This document shows, one piece after another, positions 13,506 through 26,120 of a DNA stretch of 64,000 nt. This stretch comes from Lama glama (lineage: Eukaryota). Where the stretch lies: contig CM052818.1 in the NCBI GenBank assembly GCA_028534125.1, positions 29,018,001 to 29,082,000 of the forward strand. The letters are read 5' to 3'. The notes under the pieces are model-generated. The model was not told the DNA's origin and made no database searches. It saw only the letters and a program-made list of their open reading frames with translations. The position numbers and the translations under genes are program-made. How positions within the stretch are numbered: position 1 is the stretch's first letter; every line of letters begins with the position of its first letter.

Positions 13506-14269
13506 TCTTCAACTTCTAACTAGTGACTTAGTCTTAGATGAGGAAATAAAAACATTTTAATGGGTTTCAAAATATAACTTATACTGATTTACATAAATTC
13601 CTAATACAGAGATATTATCTAATTCATTTTAACATCCCAGCACAATGTCTGATCCATAATACATACTTCAAAAATATGAACTGATAAAATTAAATTGCAT
13701 AAATAAAGACTAAAGATAACAAGCAACAAAATAGTACTATAGGTTCTATATTTTCATCAATCCCAAATAAAAGACTTAAACAAAGCATCATCATACTAGA
13801 AGATCAAATAAATACACTGAGTATTTACTATGACCATAGCACTGGAAAGTAATTTCTCTACATTCTCATCCAACCACTATCCACCTCCAAATGCAAACCA
13901 GGTCTTCTTCCAATTACCTCATTACTCTCCACCCCATAGAGTTGTCTCTCTGCCAGAACAAGGCATCCTCTATAAAGCAGCATGCGCTCAGCTGTCAGAA
14001 TGCTTCTGCTTTCTGTCGGACACATTATTTGTCTCCCCTGTATTATGAACCATAGAAAATGACCAAATATCTGTGTGTGTCATTTTGTAGTAAAGCACTC
14101 TATGTAGCTGAGTTTTTATTGAATAGTTTTAGTAATTATGATTTGACATAAGAAAATGATAATTCATTCAGATTCTTTAAATATTTCATAAATAAAAAAG
14201 TAAATATTATTTTAGACTGAATACTGCTTAGCACAGATTTTTCCTAAATCTTAGAGGGGAACTAAGGAG

Positions 14270-14430
14270 CTTATTTCAAATATTTAAAGTGCTAACATAT
14301 AATAGAAGAATTAAATTTAGCATGGTTTCAGAGAATAAAACTACAATAAATGTGCAGAAATTAGCAGAAGACAGATTTAAGCTTAAAATAAGGAAGAACT
14401 GTCCTGCAATTAAAGCTGTCCAGTAACAGG
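14270..14430 (+). mobile_element. CR1/L3 relic (3' region)
   Basis: 'agacagatttaagcttaaaataaggaagaactgtcctgcaattaaagctgtccag'. Confidence 0.55.
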
Positions 14431-15199
14431 GGGCAGAATTAAAAGCAGAGAATTTAGCAAGAGTCATAAAAAGAAATGTTTCCATTTTATCTCTTAGAGA
14501 CATTACTTCATTAATGTTCATGGCATTTTGAAATATGTAACCAAGGCATCAGTCTCCCTTTTGTAGACAAAGAAATCAACAGGCTTAAATGATGTGCTGA
14601 AGGTCACATATTAACTAATACAAGTCTGATTTTCTCTTTCTTATATAACATTTGTTTGTTGTCTTAGAAAATAATAGGCTTCCTGCAATTATAGGTGATA
14701 CTATTTATCGCTATTTAATTCTTGATCTCCTAAGCAAAACTTGGAATTTTATATCTAAGAGTTGGTCTTCTTGGAATCTTTTAGTAGGTAAGGCTTTTAT
14801 AGTTCTGCAAATTCTTAAGCATGGCACTTTAATTAGTTTTAACCAATTTCGAATTTTAAAAGTTAGATGCTAATGATTAGCCTACAAATTTCTAGATCAT
14901 CTGTAACAAGTGTTAAAACCATTAAATGTCAATATGCCATTCATTACAAATAGAGTGGCAGTTGGGGGAATAAATGTCAATTTTTTTCATTATTTTTCTT
15001 CAGAGTTTAAAAAGCAGCTGCTGTTAGCCACAGTTAATAGTCCAATCTTTCTGTGAAGAAGTAAGTGCTTGTATTGAACCACAAAGCAAAATGACATATA
15101 AATTTCCCTCAACTCCCTGAAGTTTATAGAGAACTTGTTCTTCCATAGAAGGGTGAAAATTTCAAATTAAATTAGCATTACAAACCTACTGGGGAGAAG

Positions 15200-17570
15200 G
15201 GGCAACTAAGATTCATTAAGGAAAAAAATAGGGGAACATAAATACACAATTTAAAGAATAAAATTAGAAGCAACCAATAAACAATACATAAAACTTTTTC
15301 TTCATTAGTAGTAAAAGAAATCAAAAGTAAAATCATAATGAAATATGATTATTTTGACTTACTAGACTAAAAAGGTTTTAAAACATAAAAACACTCAGTG
15401 CTGGTGATGATGCAAAGAATCTAGTGCTCTGTGATGGGCAGCTTCAAAGACAGCTACTACGATTCCTGCCTCCCTGTATATATGCCCTGTGTAATGCCCT
15501 TCCCTCAAGTGTGGGCTTGACTTAGTAACTTGCTTTTAACAAATAGAGTACAGCAAAAGTGTAAAATGTCATTTTCAAGGTTAACTTACAGAAAAACAGT
15601 GCCTTCCATATTCCTTGCTCTCTCTCACTCTCTCCCCTGTTCACTCCGAGAAGCCCACTGCCATAATGTGAGCTGCCCTATGGAGAGGGCAACGTGGCAA
15701 AGAACTGATACCTCTGGTCAAGAGCCAGCAATGACTTTAGGTCTGCCTAAAGCCACCTGAGTGAACTTGAAAACAAAAGTACCTAAATTGAGCCTTGAGA
15801 CAACTACAGGACTGGCCAACACCTTGGCTACAGCCCTGTGAGAGACCCTAACCCAGCGGAACCATGGTAAGCCACGCTGGGATACCTGACCCTCAGAAAC
15901 TGGGAGAAAATAAATGCTTACTGTTCTCAGCTTCTAAGTTTTGGGGTAATTTTTTAATATAACAATAGGGAACCAATACATCCTTCACAAACTTTTAGAT
16001 TCTGGAAAGTTAGTGTGACAATATGCATTAAGAGCCTTCTAGAAATCTTACTCATTTTTATTCAATAATCCTACATCTAATATTCTTTATAAAGAAATAA
16101 GTTGAAGTGTGGTAAAAAGATTATTTACAAGAAAATCTAAACATTATTTTTTATAGTAAAGCTTAAAACTATCACTTATAATTGCTAAAATTTGGTAATA
16201 AACCAAATGCTCCAAAATATGGAAAATACATAAAATACCAAACAAGACTTTTGTAAAGGAGAGAATTCTAAAAAAATAAAGTAATAAGGAAACACTAGTT
16301 CTATCCTATATTAAAACATATTTTAAGTTACAATAGTTAGAACAGTAAGATACTGGCACATAAATAGATGAATAAATGGTTCAGAATAGATACTCCAGAG
16401 ATAGACACAAAGAGATACAGAAATATAATATGTGTTAAAATGATATTCAAAACAAAGAAGAGAAGATAGTTTACTTCACAGGTAATTGAACAAGTAGTCA
16501 TCTAGGGAAAAAAGCACTTTAATTAATGCCTCCAATTGTTAAAATGAAACAAAAAAGTGAAACATGAAAAAAGACAAATAGTAGTATTCACATATAATCC
16601 TAGGGCAAGAAATTATTTCCACAGAACATATGAAATCTAGAACACATATAAGAAAATACTGATAAATTTGATGACACAAAATGGTGAAAATACCAGCATG
16701 GGAGGAAAAAAGAATTAATGAAATTAACACCACCCATGACCATGGCAAAATGGAGAAAAAAATAATCCAAGAAAACAATTTAGACTCCAAAATCTAACTT
16801 TCTTTACTCTTCAAAGCGTTTCTAAAAATAAATTTTAAAAAGACAATAGAAAGTATAGAAAAGTGGCTAAGTAACATGAAGAGTAAACATAGAGAAAAGG
16901 AAATTAAATAACTCAAACATAGGAAAAGGTGCTCAAACTCTTTCACAATAAGAAATGCAAATTCAGTGAGATAACAAGTGTCACCTATCAGAATGACAAA
17001 AATCCAAAGTGCCTAATAGTATGAGTGCGTGGGAAAGCAGGCACTATTAAACAGTGCTGATAGAGTATTCGTTGCTAAATCTCTCTGGAGAACAATCCGC
17101 CTATATCTATCAAAATTCTGACCCTGCTAGAACTTTATCCTGCAGAATCACTCACATTTGGATAAAATCATGTAAGTTCAGGGATATTCAGTGCCACATT
17201 TTTAATAACTAAGCATGTGAGACAATTTAAATAGGCATCAATAGGAGACTGGTTAAATAAATGAAGGGACTTCAATATAATGGAATGATGTACAGCTTCT
17301 ACAAAAATAGATCTACATATACTGATAACAAGTGACTGCAAAATATACTGCTAAGTTAAAATAATGTAGAATTGTGTGAATATGCTTTCACTTGTGTCCA
17401 AAAAAAGGATATATATTCTGTGTACATATCAGCATATAATTTATCAGGGACTGCAAAAATATGTATGTATTAATGATTTTCTCTGAGGGTAAGATTGCAA
17501 ATGGCTTTTATTTTCTTAATAAACTTTCTCTACATTTTCTAAAGTGACTGTACATAATATTCAAAAAAAA
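15200..17570 (+). mobile_element. Old L1 (L1ME/MC-like) ORF2-3' UTR fragments, interrupted by an MLT1 LTR
   Basis: 'aacagtaagatactggcacataaataga', 'aggtgctcaaactctttcacaataagaaatgcaaatt', 'tcacctatcagaatgacaaaaat'. Confidence 0.7.
15430..15980 (+). mobile_element. MaLR solo LTR (MLT1F-like)
   Basis: TG..CA ends; 'gtgagctgccctatggagagggcaacgtggcaaagaactga', 'cctgaccctcagaaactgggagaaaataaatg', 'ctaagttttggggtaatt'. Confidence 0.8.
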
Positions 17571-18188
17571 AGTAAAGACTTTCAAAATATGCATTTACAT
17601 ATTAGAAAATAGTCATGCTAAACTTTATGTCCAATACTGATTTAAGGGAACAGGAGAAAAGTCTCTGATTTTTTTTTAAAGTTTCTCATAGCTGAGCATT
17701 TTCTTCATGCAGTCATGAAAAATGAACATTATATTGACTCTCATGTATGTTACAGAAAATTGATAAGGACAGAGAACTGGAAGAAAAGGTATAATCAATC
17801 TTTAGGTGCAACCGTTTGCTTTTCTGTTAAATGTCTCTTCCAAAGCAATTACTAAGGAAGAAGTGAAACCGGAACCAAAAGAAAAACAAACAAGTTAACA
17901 TAAGCCTTCAAACACCTTCATAAGTTAAAGTAGTTAGACTGGGCAAGTAATTGTCTCTTTCTGTGGAAAGAGAATGTATTATGGGAGCAGTGTATTTGGT
18001 AATTTGGGGAAGGGCCACACTAAAAGCAAAAAATCTTTACTCACTAATTTCAACCTATCAGTAATATGAACAACCTGCTGGCCAAACTATAAATTGGAAC
18101 GAAACACTATTATGCAGATGTATAAAGCTACTGAAATACATATAATAGTACAGAAGTACCTTCCAATGTAGCATCATCCATTGGTAGG

Positions 18189-18538
18189 TACTATGGTCTG
18201 AATGTTTGTGTTCTTCCAAAATGCATATGTTGAAATCCTAACCTCCAAAGGTGATGGTGTTAATAGGTGGGGCCTGTGGGAGGTGATTAGGTTATGAGGG
18301 TAGAACCCTCATTAGTAGGATTAATGTTTATAAAAGAAATCTCATAGAGCTCCCTAGCCCCTATCACAACATGAGATAATACAGAAGCCTGCAACCCAGA
18401 ATACGGCCCTCCCTTGACCATGCTGTCACCCTGATCTTGGACTTTCAGCCTCCAGAACAATGAGCAATAAATTCCTGCTGTTTATAAGCCACCCAGTCTG
18501 TGGTATTTTGTTATAGCAGCCCCAAAAGACTAAGAACA
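18189..18538 (+). mobile_element. MaLR solo LTR (MLT1A/A0-like), full length
   Basis: 'ctatggtctgaatgtttgtg...ttgaaatcctaacc' to 'gtattttgttatagcagcc...gactaagaaca'; 5-bp TSD gtagg/gtaag (4/5). Confidence 0.9.
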
Positions 18539-18939
18539 GTAAGTTAATCTTCCTCTTCAGGATCCCATCTGCCATTTTAAGGCTTACTTATGAGGGTGTG
18601 TTCAGGAAGGAAGGTATGGCATGGAGAGAAATTTATTTCTCTGATATCTGGTTTTCTAGATTTTACTGATGCATGGGGAGAAGGGAAATGGTATGAGGAG
18701 AAGCAGGATGTGAGATGCATGGGGTTTGGCACAGTGAGGGAGAAGTGCTAGAGAAACTAAAGGGAACTGGAGAGCAGTGGTGGGGGATGGGCTGCCCCAA
18801 ATCATGTTTGGGACCCTAAGAAATAGTTGCTTCCCAGGATAACCCCAGTCCACATGCATGGTCACAGACACTGGCAACTGTGGGAGTGTTCAGTTTTTGT
18901 TAAGCAGGTAGAAGGCAAGAGCCCAGCTTTTTTGAGAAT

Positions 18940-19072
18940 GAAATGATTCCAATGTCATAGTCCAGATTTACCAAATCAGAATTTCCAAGGTGAGGTCCCA
19001 CAACCTGTATATTTTAAATTTTCTCACTGATTCTGAGTCATGAGGACCATCACCCATTGTTTGAGAATGACT
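18940..19072. mobile_element. MER5-like hAT-Charlie MITE relic
   Basis: 'ccagatttaccaaatcagaatttccaaggtgaggtccc...tgtatattttaa...tgattctga...gtttgagaa'. Confidence 0.55.
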
Positions 19073-19409
19073 TTTTTATCACATCCGAATGACTCCTATA
19101 TAATACGTTTCATTCTTTTCTAGTCATAATATTGTTATCTTTCAGACCAATTCATTGTTCTGACAGGCTAAAGCATGGAAAATTATCCGAATTTTTCACT
19201 GGTCAACAGTATATGAACAGTTGCTAAGAAGTTAAATCATTATTATCAAAAGATAAACTTCAGTAATATATCACTTGATTAAACCTACACAAAAAACAGA
19301 TGTGTGATCAATCTATTTCTAAGCCCTTTTTCTGTCAACTACAGTTTTTGAGTACTACAGGAAAATCAGTATGTAATCTTATTTTGAGTCACCAAGGAAA
19401 TACAATACT

Positions 19410-19515
19410 GGAATCTCATAAACAGAAAAGACCTTAAAAGTCATTTAGTCCAACAACCCCTCTAATGCCTAAATCTCTTCTACAGCACCTCGGACAGGTG
19501 ATTTTCTAGCCTGGC
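19410..19515 (-). mobile_element. CR1/L3 (or MIR3) 3' relic
   Basis: 'gaaaagaccttaaaagtcatttagtccaac...ttctacagcacctcggacaggtgattttctagcct'. Confidence 0.5.
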
Positions 19516-20757
19516 ACAAACAGAAAATAGGAATTTCTCAGTTAATGCCCAGAGAAGAAAATACAAATCTGCCGATGAAAAAGAAAATTATAAACACTTA
19601 AGTGAAAGCAATCTCAGTCACCCAGAAAATTACAAGGCTGAAGTTTTGCTCATGTTTTCCTGGTGGTGTTCTGACACATGTATTCGGGGTTGGCCTAAAC
19701 AAAAGGAGAACAGCAAAGCACTAGACTATCCACACAGGATGAGTTTCCTTGAAAATACTGCCTTTATACTTATGCAGAAATAGCATAATCGCTATAAAAT
19801 TCAGATTGCAAACAGTTCTAAAGTTAGCAGCGCAGTGATAATGGGCCACATTCTTACTGCACTAAACATCCCTTCTGTAAAAGAGAGACAGATGGGCCAG
19901 AGGAGGGTCTATACTGGTCATGGCAACTTAGTTTAGGTTAAACCAAGCCTGACTCTTTTGCAGCAGTGAAGGTGGCCATGGCCCTCCTGGATAACCCCAA
20001 GGTTGAACAAGCATAAAGCAAGCAAACATGTACTTTCTCACTACCATCCCAGCATAGGGGGAACACTCTCAGTAGCTAATGAACTTCATGATTCCTAAGC
20101 TCCAAATATCGAAAGAGGTCGAGGGAGAGGCCAAGTTCACCCAGAGTAGACACTGTCTGCTTACAATTCTGCCACTTACATAATCACTATACAATCTAGG
20201 AAAAGAGCACAAAAGAGAAAAATGAAGCTTAAAGCCAGGTTTTCATATACAATTCTTAGTCGCTTAATGTTGACTTTATCTACATGGCCTTTCTCCTTTC
20301 TCCACTAAAAAGTCTGGCATTGGGCAAATTATTTAACCTCTCTCTGCCTTAGGTTTCTCTTATGGGAAACCATGATCTTTCAACAATATGACTCAGTGTT
20401 TCTTCCCCATGGTTAAAAATGTTAATGGCTCCACACTAACAACTGAACAGAATTCAAAACCGGTTTCACTTCAATTCCCAATTTGCTCTACTATCCAATC
20501 CTACTCAGTGTCCCCTGGCAATGTCTTGAGTTTCTATACCTCCATACCCTTCTCCACACACACTTTATCTCTGCCTGCTGAAGTTCTGTGGATTCTCTGA
20601 ATCTAGAGGAAGTCTTATATTTCTCAGTCTATTGTTCTAGCCATTAATCTGACCCTTATCATAAGCTGCCTGGCACTGCTGCAGGTCTTCACAGGTGACT
20701 CTATCTTCCCAACAAGATATTTACTACTTGAGTTAAGGTATCCTCCTTTGGGACTGC

Positions 20758-20850
20758 ATTTGCCAAATAAAATATAGGATGCCCAGCTAAATTTTAATTT
20801 CAGACAACAACAAATAGCTTTTTAGTATAAATATTTCCCATGAAGTATTT
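20758..20850 (+). mobile_element. MER53-like MITE, half copy
   Basis: 'ttgccaaataaaatataggatgcccagctaaattttaatttcagacaacaacaaatagctttttagtataa'. Confidence 0.7.
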
Positions 20851-23423
20851 CAAGTTAATCCAGGGTAGAGGGTATCAGCTACAACTGTGCCACTTAACAC
20901 CCAGTTTCTATGCAATCTAGAAAAACTTCCCAATATTTGAAACTTAATTTGAATCTAAATATGAACAATTAATAAATGATGATAATCTCATGAACAGAAT
21001 TTCTTACAGAAAAGTAGAAGTGAATGGAGAGTTAGAAAATCTAAGGAGCATGTATAAATTAGCAGAGCCAGATGACATACAAGTATTAAGAGAACTGACC
21101 ACCTACAGCATCCTTTCTCATTTTGCCTCGAAGACTTGTGTGAAACCAAAATGACTAGAGGGGTGCTGAGGAAATGGTGTTAAATCTTTGTATCTTAATA
21201 AAGATCTTGGAGAAAAAGTGATCAGCAAGTTAATGAGATTTTTCCTGATGATCCTGAGAGATGTTGCAAATATCAGTGACCACAGATAAAATAATGAAAA
21301 AAAATAAAATAAGCTTGGAAACACAAGTGAGACATAGCTGTGTAAAACTCAAGGTGAAAAATGCTAACTCATTCAACTGAGAAGCTTGCCGTGCCCAAGG
21401 GACTAGAGGAAACAGGGAACTAATAATGAAAAAAGACACCAACAGGCAAAGAAGAATAGCAAATTAGAAAGAAGTTTATATTATGAGCTTGGCCAGGCAG
21501 AAGACTGAACATCACTGTTTGAGTGTACGTACAAAATTCTATTACCCAACCGTGAGAAAAAAACGTACATAGCAAAAATCTACTGAGATTGCTGAGGATG
21601 ATGTACCAAGTTTGGGGATTCAGAAGGTCACAGTTATGTCTAAAGTAAGGGGAATGAGAGACAAAGAATGAACGTGCTATAATAAAGGAAATAATAGTTC
21701 CCAGGGAGAGAAACAAGGGCAGCTGAGTGGTTCATAAAAAATGGGCAGCACATGAATTTAGTCCATAAATATGTGAAAACGATGTGTAATGGAGGGTGGC
21801 ATTTTGTCTGAACAGAAATTAAGAAAAAGGAGGGATTTTAGAAAGAGAAATGAAGTGTAATAACCTGGTAAACCCATGAAGAGTGAAGCTATGACTCAAA
21901 TGCTGCACAGGGAATAAGGACAAGCTCATGTCTCCAGGCCTTTAAACTAGCTGGGATCAGATGCTAGAGAGCGTCCTTCCTATCTGTGACATGGTCTTAT
22001 TGGTGCAATGGACCAAACAACCGACAGAGTCCTTCCTGGGGAAAAGTTTATGATAGGAAGAAACATATGTCCTGCTCTCAGAGGGAGTATCTCTCAAATA
22101 AGAATGAAGCAAAAATCCTGGCTCCCTACAGTTATTACGTGTCCCAAGACCCAGTTTCAGCAGCAACCCAAATCCCAAGGCAAATTCAACTTAATATGTG
22201 ACACTTTCATTAGCTAAGAGGACATGTGGCTTTAACACATTTCTTCTACTTAGAAAGTTTCCAACAAAGGTCATACGATGTAGGAGAATTAGTGATGTGT
22301 TCCAGGACTTCAGAATAAGTAAGACTTACAGTACAAAAAAAAAAAAGAAAAGAAAAGAATTAAGTGCTAACTATTATAATGTCAAAAGTGACAGAATTAT
22401 GAAAGTTATATCTGAGAGTCTTGGGATATAGGGAGAAAAGGGCAGGGATTGCATTAAGTATGAGGTGTGAGAAGGAAACAGGGTCTTTCGTGGTCAAGCA
22501 GGACAGACTGGGTAGAGAGAGTTCAATAAATATGTAAAGGAAAGTAGAAGGGCAAAGGGAAATACAGAAAGGAGGAAAGAAAAAAGACCCATACCAGGAT
22601 TATCTCTATGCCATTAACTGGGAGCTCCACAGATTGCAGTGAGTGGGGACGGGGGGCCCCCTGGCGTTCTGATCCAGCAGATCCAGTGATACATAAATTG
22701 TCTATAGAAGAACACCACATTGTAAGGAGCCTACAGCTGTCCCCAGTGGGGAAGGTGGCCTCAAGGATTTTGTATTAATATCATGTACTCTCTATTAAAT
22801 AACTATTTTCATTTTGAGAAACCACTCTTGGCTTAGTATTAAGCCCTGGCAGAAACTGCGTATCTTATAATGGAAAACGAGAAGACATGGAACTAAGTGC
22901 TATTTGACTTTAACAACTCATAAATGTAAGTATACCCAGCAGTACCTCGTTATCAAATGGACAAGTTATTTAGGAGATCAGGCTTGAGCACACCCTTAAG
23001 GCATAGCAGGTGGCTCTCCCTCCTGATGTGGCTGCTCCTAAAGTCTCATTCCTAGAAAGTCTGTGTAACCACCTCTCAGTCTACCCACTTTTAAAGTTCA
23101 AAGAGAAGTTCTCTATGTCTACTTGACTAAGAGGACATTTTAAGCCTGACTTACAGATATTTTTATCCAATTTGCTGGCACCAGAAATGAACTGCTGTAG
23201 TGAGTGAGCCTTTGAGCAGTTCTTCATGTGGGCAACTTTGCCTAGAAGCAAAGAAGCCCTAAGGTAAGAATTTGTATCAAGTCATGGATAGTAGTTCATG
23301 ATTTATACAGATTGTCAGGAATCTGGAAGGATCAAGTTCCTCAGGAGATTCAGGAAAAGGGAGTTTCTGGTAAGAGCTATATACCTATCAGAATGGATCC
23401 ACAGTGCAAGAATGTTTTTGTCC

Positions 23424-24515
23424 TGTGTAGCCACTATAGAAAACAGTGTGGAGATTCCTCAAAAGACTAGGAATAGACTTACCATATGACCCAGGAATCC
23501 CACTCCTGGGCTTGTATCCAGAAGGAAATCTACTTCAGGATGACACCTGCACCCCAATGTTCATAGCAGCACTATTTACAATAGCCAAAACATGGAAACA
23601 GCCTAAATGTCCATCAATAGGTGACTGGATAAAGAAGATGTGGTATATTTATACAATGGAATACTACTCAGCCATAAAAANNNNNNNNNNNNNNNNNNNN
23701 NNNNNNNNNNNNNNNNNNNNNNNNNNNNNNNNNNNNNNNNNNNNNNNNNNNNNNNNNNNNNNNNNNNNNNNNNNNNNNNNNNNNNNNNNNNNNNNNNNNN
23801 NNNNNNNNNNNNNNNNNNNNNNNNNNNNNNNNNNNNNNNNNNNNNNNNNNNNNNNNNNNNNNNNNNNNNNNNNNNNNNNNNNNNNNNNNNNNNNNNNNNN
23901 NNNNNNNNNNNNNNNNNNNNNNNNNNNNNNNNNNNNNNNNNNNNNNNNNNNNNNNNNNNNNNNNNNNNNNNNNNNNNNNNNNNNNNNNNNNNNNNNNNNN
24001 NNNNNNNNNNNNNNNNNNNNNNNNNNNNNNNNNNNNNNNNNNNNNNNNNNNNNNNNNNNNNNNNNNNNNNNNNNNNNNNNNNNNNNNNNNNNNNNNNNNN
24101 NNNNNNNNNNNNNNNNNNNNNNNNNNNNNNNNNNNNNNNNNNNNNNNNNNNNNNNNNNNNNNNNNNNNNNNNNNNNNNNNCAGAAAGAGAAAGAAAAATA
24201 CCATATGAGATCGCTCATATGTGGAATCTAAAGACTCATGGACAGAGAATACAGACTTGTGGTTACCAGGGGGGTAGAGGGTGGGAAGGGATAGACTGGG
24301 ATTTCAAAATTGTAGAATAGATAAACAAGATTACACTGTATAGCACAGGGAAATATACACAAAATGTTATGATAAATCAGAGAAAAAAATGTGACAATGA
24401 GTGTGTATATGTCCATGAATGACTGAAAAATTGTGCTGAACACTGGAATTTGACACAACATTGTAAAATGATTATAAATCAATAAAAAAATGTTAAGATG
24501 TCAAAAAAAAAAAAA
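23424..24515 (+). mobile_element. Young 5'-truncated L1 (ORF2 C-terminus, 3' UTR, poly-A)
   Basis: Open ORF WRFLKRLGIDLPYDPGIPLLGLYP...MFIAALFTIAKTWKQPKCPS; aataaa plus A-tail; perfect 16-bp TSD aagaatgtttttgtcc at 23408-23423 and 24516-24531. Confidence 0.97.
23681..24180. other. Assembly gap (500 N)
   Basis: Run of exactly 500 n. Confidence 1.
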
Positions 24516-24769
24516 AAGAATGTTTTTGTCCCATATGAATGATGACCAGAGGGCCTCCAGCAGGGAGGAAGCTTTCTATAAACAGTTATTTGTTAGCATC
24601 TTTCCCCCACCAACCAATGCTTGTTCATTGGGCTCATGACTAAGGTGACCATGGAGACAGGAATGGAAGTTATACATGGGTTCAAAAATATGGACTTTCA
24701 CTATCCTCTAGGATAGGAAGAGAGCAGAGGGAAACAGGGTGCAAAGCGAGTTTGGGGAACTACTAGAGA

Positions 24770-25080
24770 TATATCAAAGCAGGCCTTGTACACCTATTAA
24801 GGATGTTGGTCTTTATCTAAGAGAATTGGGAAGCCATGGTAGTATTTAAAGTGCTGGCGTTGGCGGCGGGGGGTGTATAACATGCTTTGAGTGCTTTGGA
24901 GGAGATTCAAGTATCCCAGGCAAGAGGTGGTATAGCTCAGGTGCTGCAGTAAATAGATAAATAAATTACAGAATAGAGCAATCTTTGGTAGTTAACATCA
25001 GGATTCATGACTGATCAGGCAAGGTAAAGAGACAAGCTGCATGCAGGGGCCCTCATCAAGACAGGAAAACACTGGAAAGG
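24770..25080 (-). mobile_element. L2 fragment
   Basis: 'caggccttgtacacctattaaggatgttggtctttatctaagagaattgggaagccat', 'ccaggcaagaggtggtatagct'. Confidence 0.6.
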
Positions 25081-25321
25081 GACCCAAAAGGAAGGAAACT
25101 TGTCTTTTGGATAGAAATCCTGGGTATTTCTTCTAATATATCCAACTTCTTTAACCAACCACATCAAAAGATTAAACCAATTTTATTTTTAGTGATCAAA
25201 AAGCAGAATCAGGCTCTGCCTCAAAAATACCTGCCCAGTGCTCACTGATGCCTGATGTTTTTTTGAAAAATAAAAAGTCAAAACCTAAGTCACCACACTA
25301 CACAGTCAGAAGTAAAGGGCA

Positions 25322-25764
25322 TTTTACTGGTTTCCTAAGGCCACCATAAGTTACTAGAAACCAAGTGACTCAAAACAAGAGAAATTTTTTCTCTCACAGT
25401 TCTGGAGGCTAGAAGGCTGAAATCATCACCAGCATGACAAGACGCCTTCCAAAGGCTCTATACTGAAGAGTCTTCCCTTGCCTTTTTTAGGTTCTATTGG
25501 TTCCTTGGTTATGGTAGCATAACTTCAGTGTCTACTTCCTTTTTCACATGGCCTGCTTCTCATATGTATCTCTGTGTCATCTCCTTTTCTGTGTCTCATA
25601 AGGACACTGTCCTTGGATGGAAGGCCCACCCTAAAACCAGAATGATCCCATCTCAAAATCCTTAATTGTATTTGCAAAGACTATGTCCAAATAATACCAC
25701 ATTTACAAGTACCAGGGGCTAGAACTTGTACATATCTTTTGGGGGCCACTATTCAATCTACTAA
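25322..25764 (-). mobile_element. MaLR solo LTR (MLT1B/C-like)
   Basis: 'tctctcacagttctggaggctagaaggctgaaatca', 'taaggacact', 'ggcccaccctaa', 'tttgggggccactattcaa'. Confidence 0.85.
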
Positions 25765-25831
25765 GGTGTAAAATATAAACAGATTGCTCAGAACATTTTG
25801 CTTAGGCACACTTAGATGAGTTTCAACTAAA

Positions 25832-26120
25832 ACAGCATTCTCCAGAGTGTGTTAGACAAACAAATTCCTGGAGATGCTCAAAAGAAACTTTTACTATCAC
25901 GACATAAGTTTGGGAAACACTGAATACTACATAACCTTTCTATGATTCATCATTTCCAATTACACATTTCAGTTTCTGAGAAGTCCTACAGTAATGAAAC
26001 CCATTCATTTTGTTCAACTCTGGATTTTCCCAACTTATCTGACCCATAACCTCTTCCTTTTGGTTACATGGCACGGACATCTGATAAACTGTTGCCCACA
26101 GAGCATACTTACAGATATGT
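25832..26120. mobile_element. hAT-Charlie-type MITE relic (family uncertain)
   Basis: 'taagtttgggaaacactg' and inverted 'ttttcccaacttatctgacc'; 'ctgagaagtcctacagtaatgaaacc'. Confidence 0.45.

Larger units (their letters stand above)
23190..24705 (+). mobile_element. ERVL internal (pol RNase H/integrase junction) relic, split by a young L1
   Basis: 'tttgagcagt', 'gtcaggaatctggaagga', 'tttgtcccatatgaatgatgacca', 'tgggctcatgactaaggtgaccatggagacaggaatggaagttatacatgggttcaaaaatatggact' track the recalled HERVL pol (WAHEQSGHGGRDGGYAWAQQHG region). Confidence 0.7.

Noticed and set aside
23446..24320. Long ORFs of 178-261 aa in the ORF track
   Set aside because: Artefacts of translating through the N gap; the real residues are L1 ORF2
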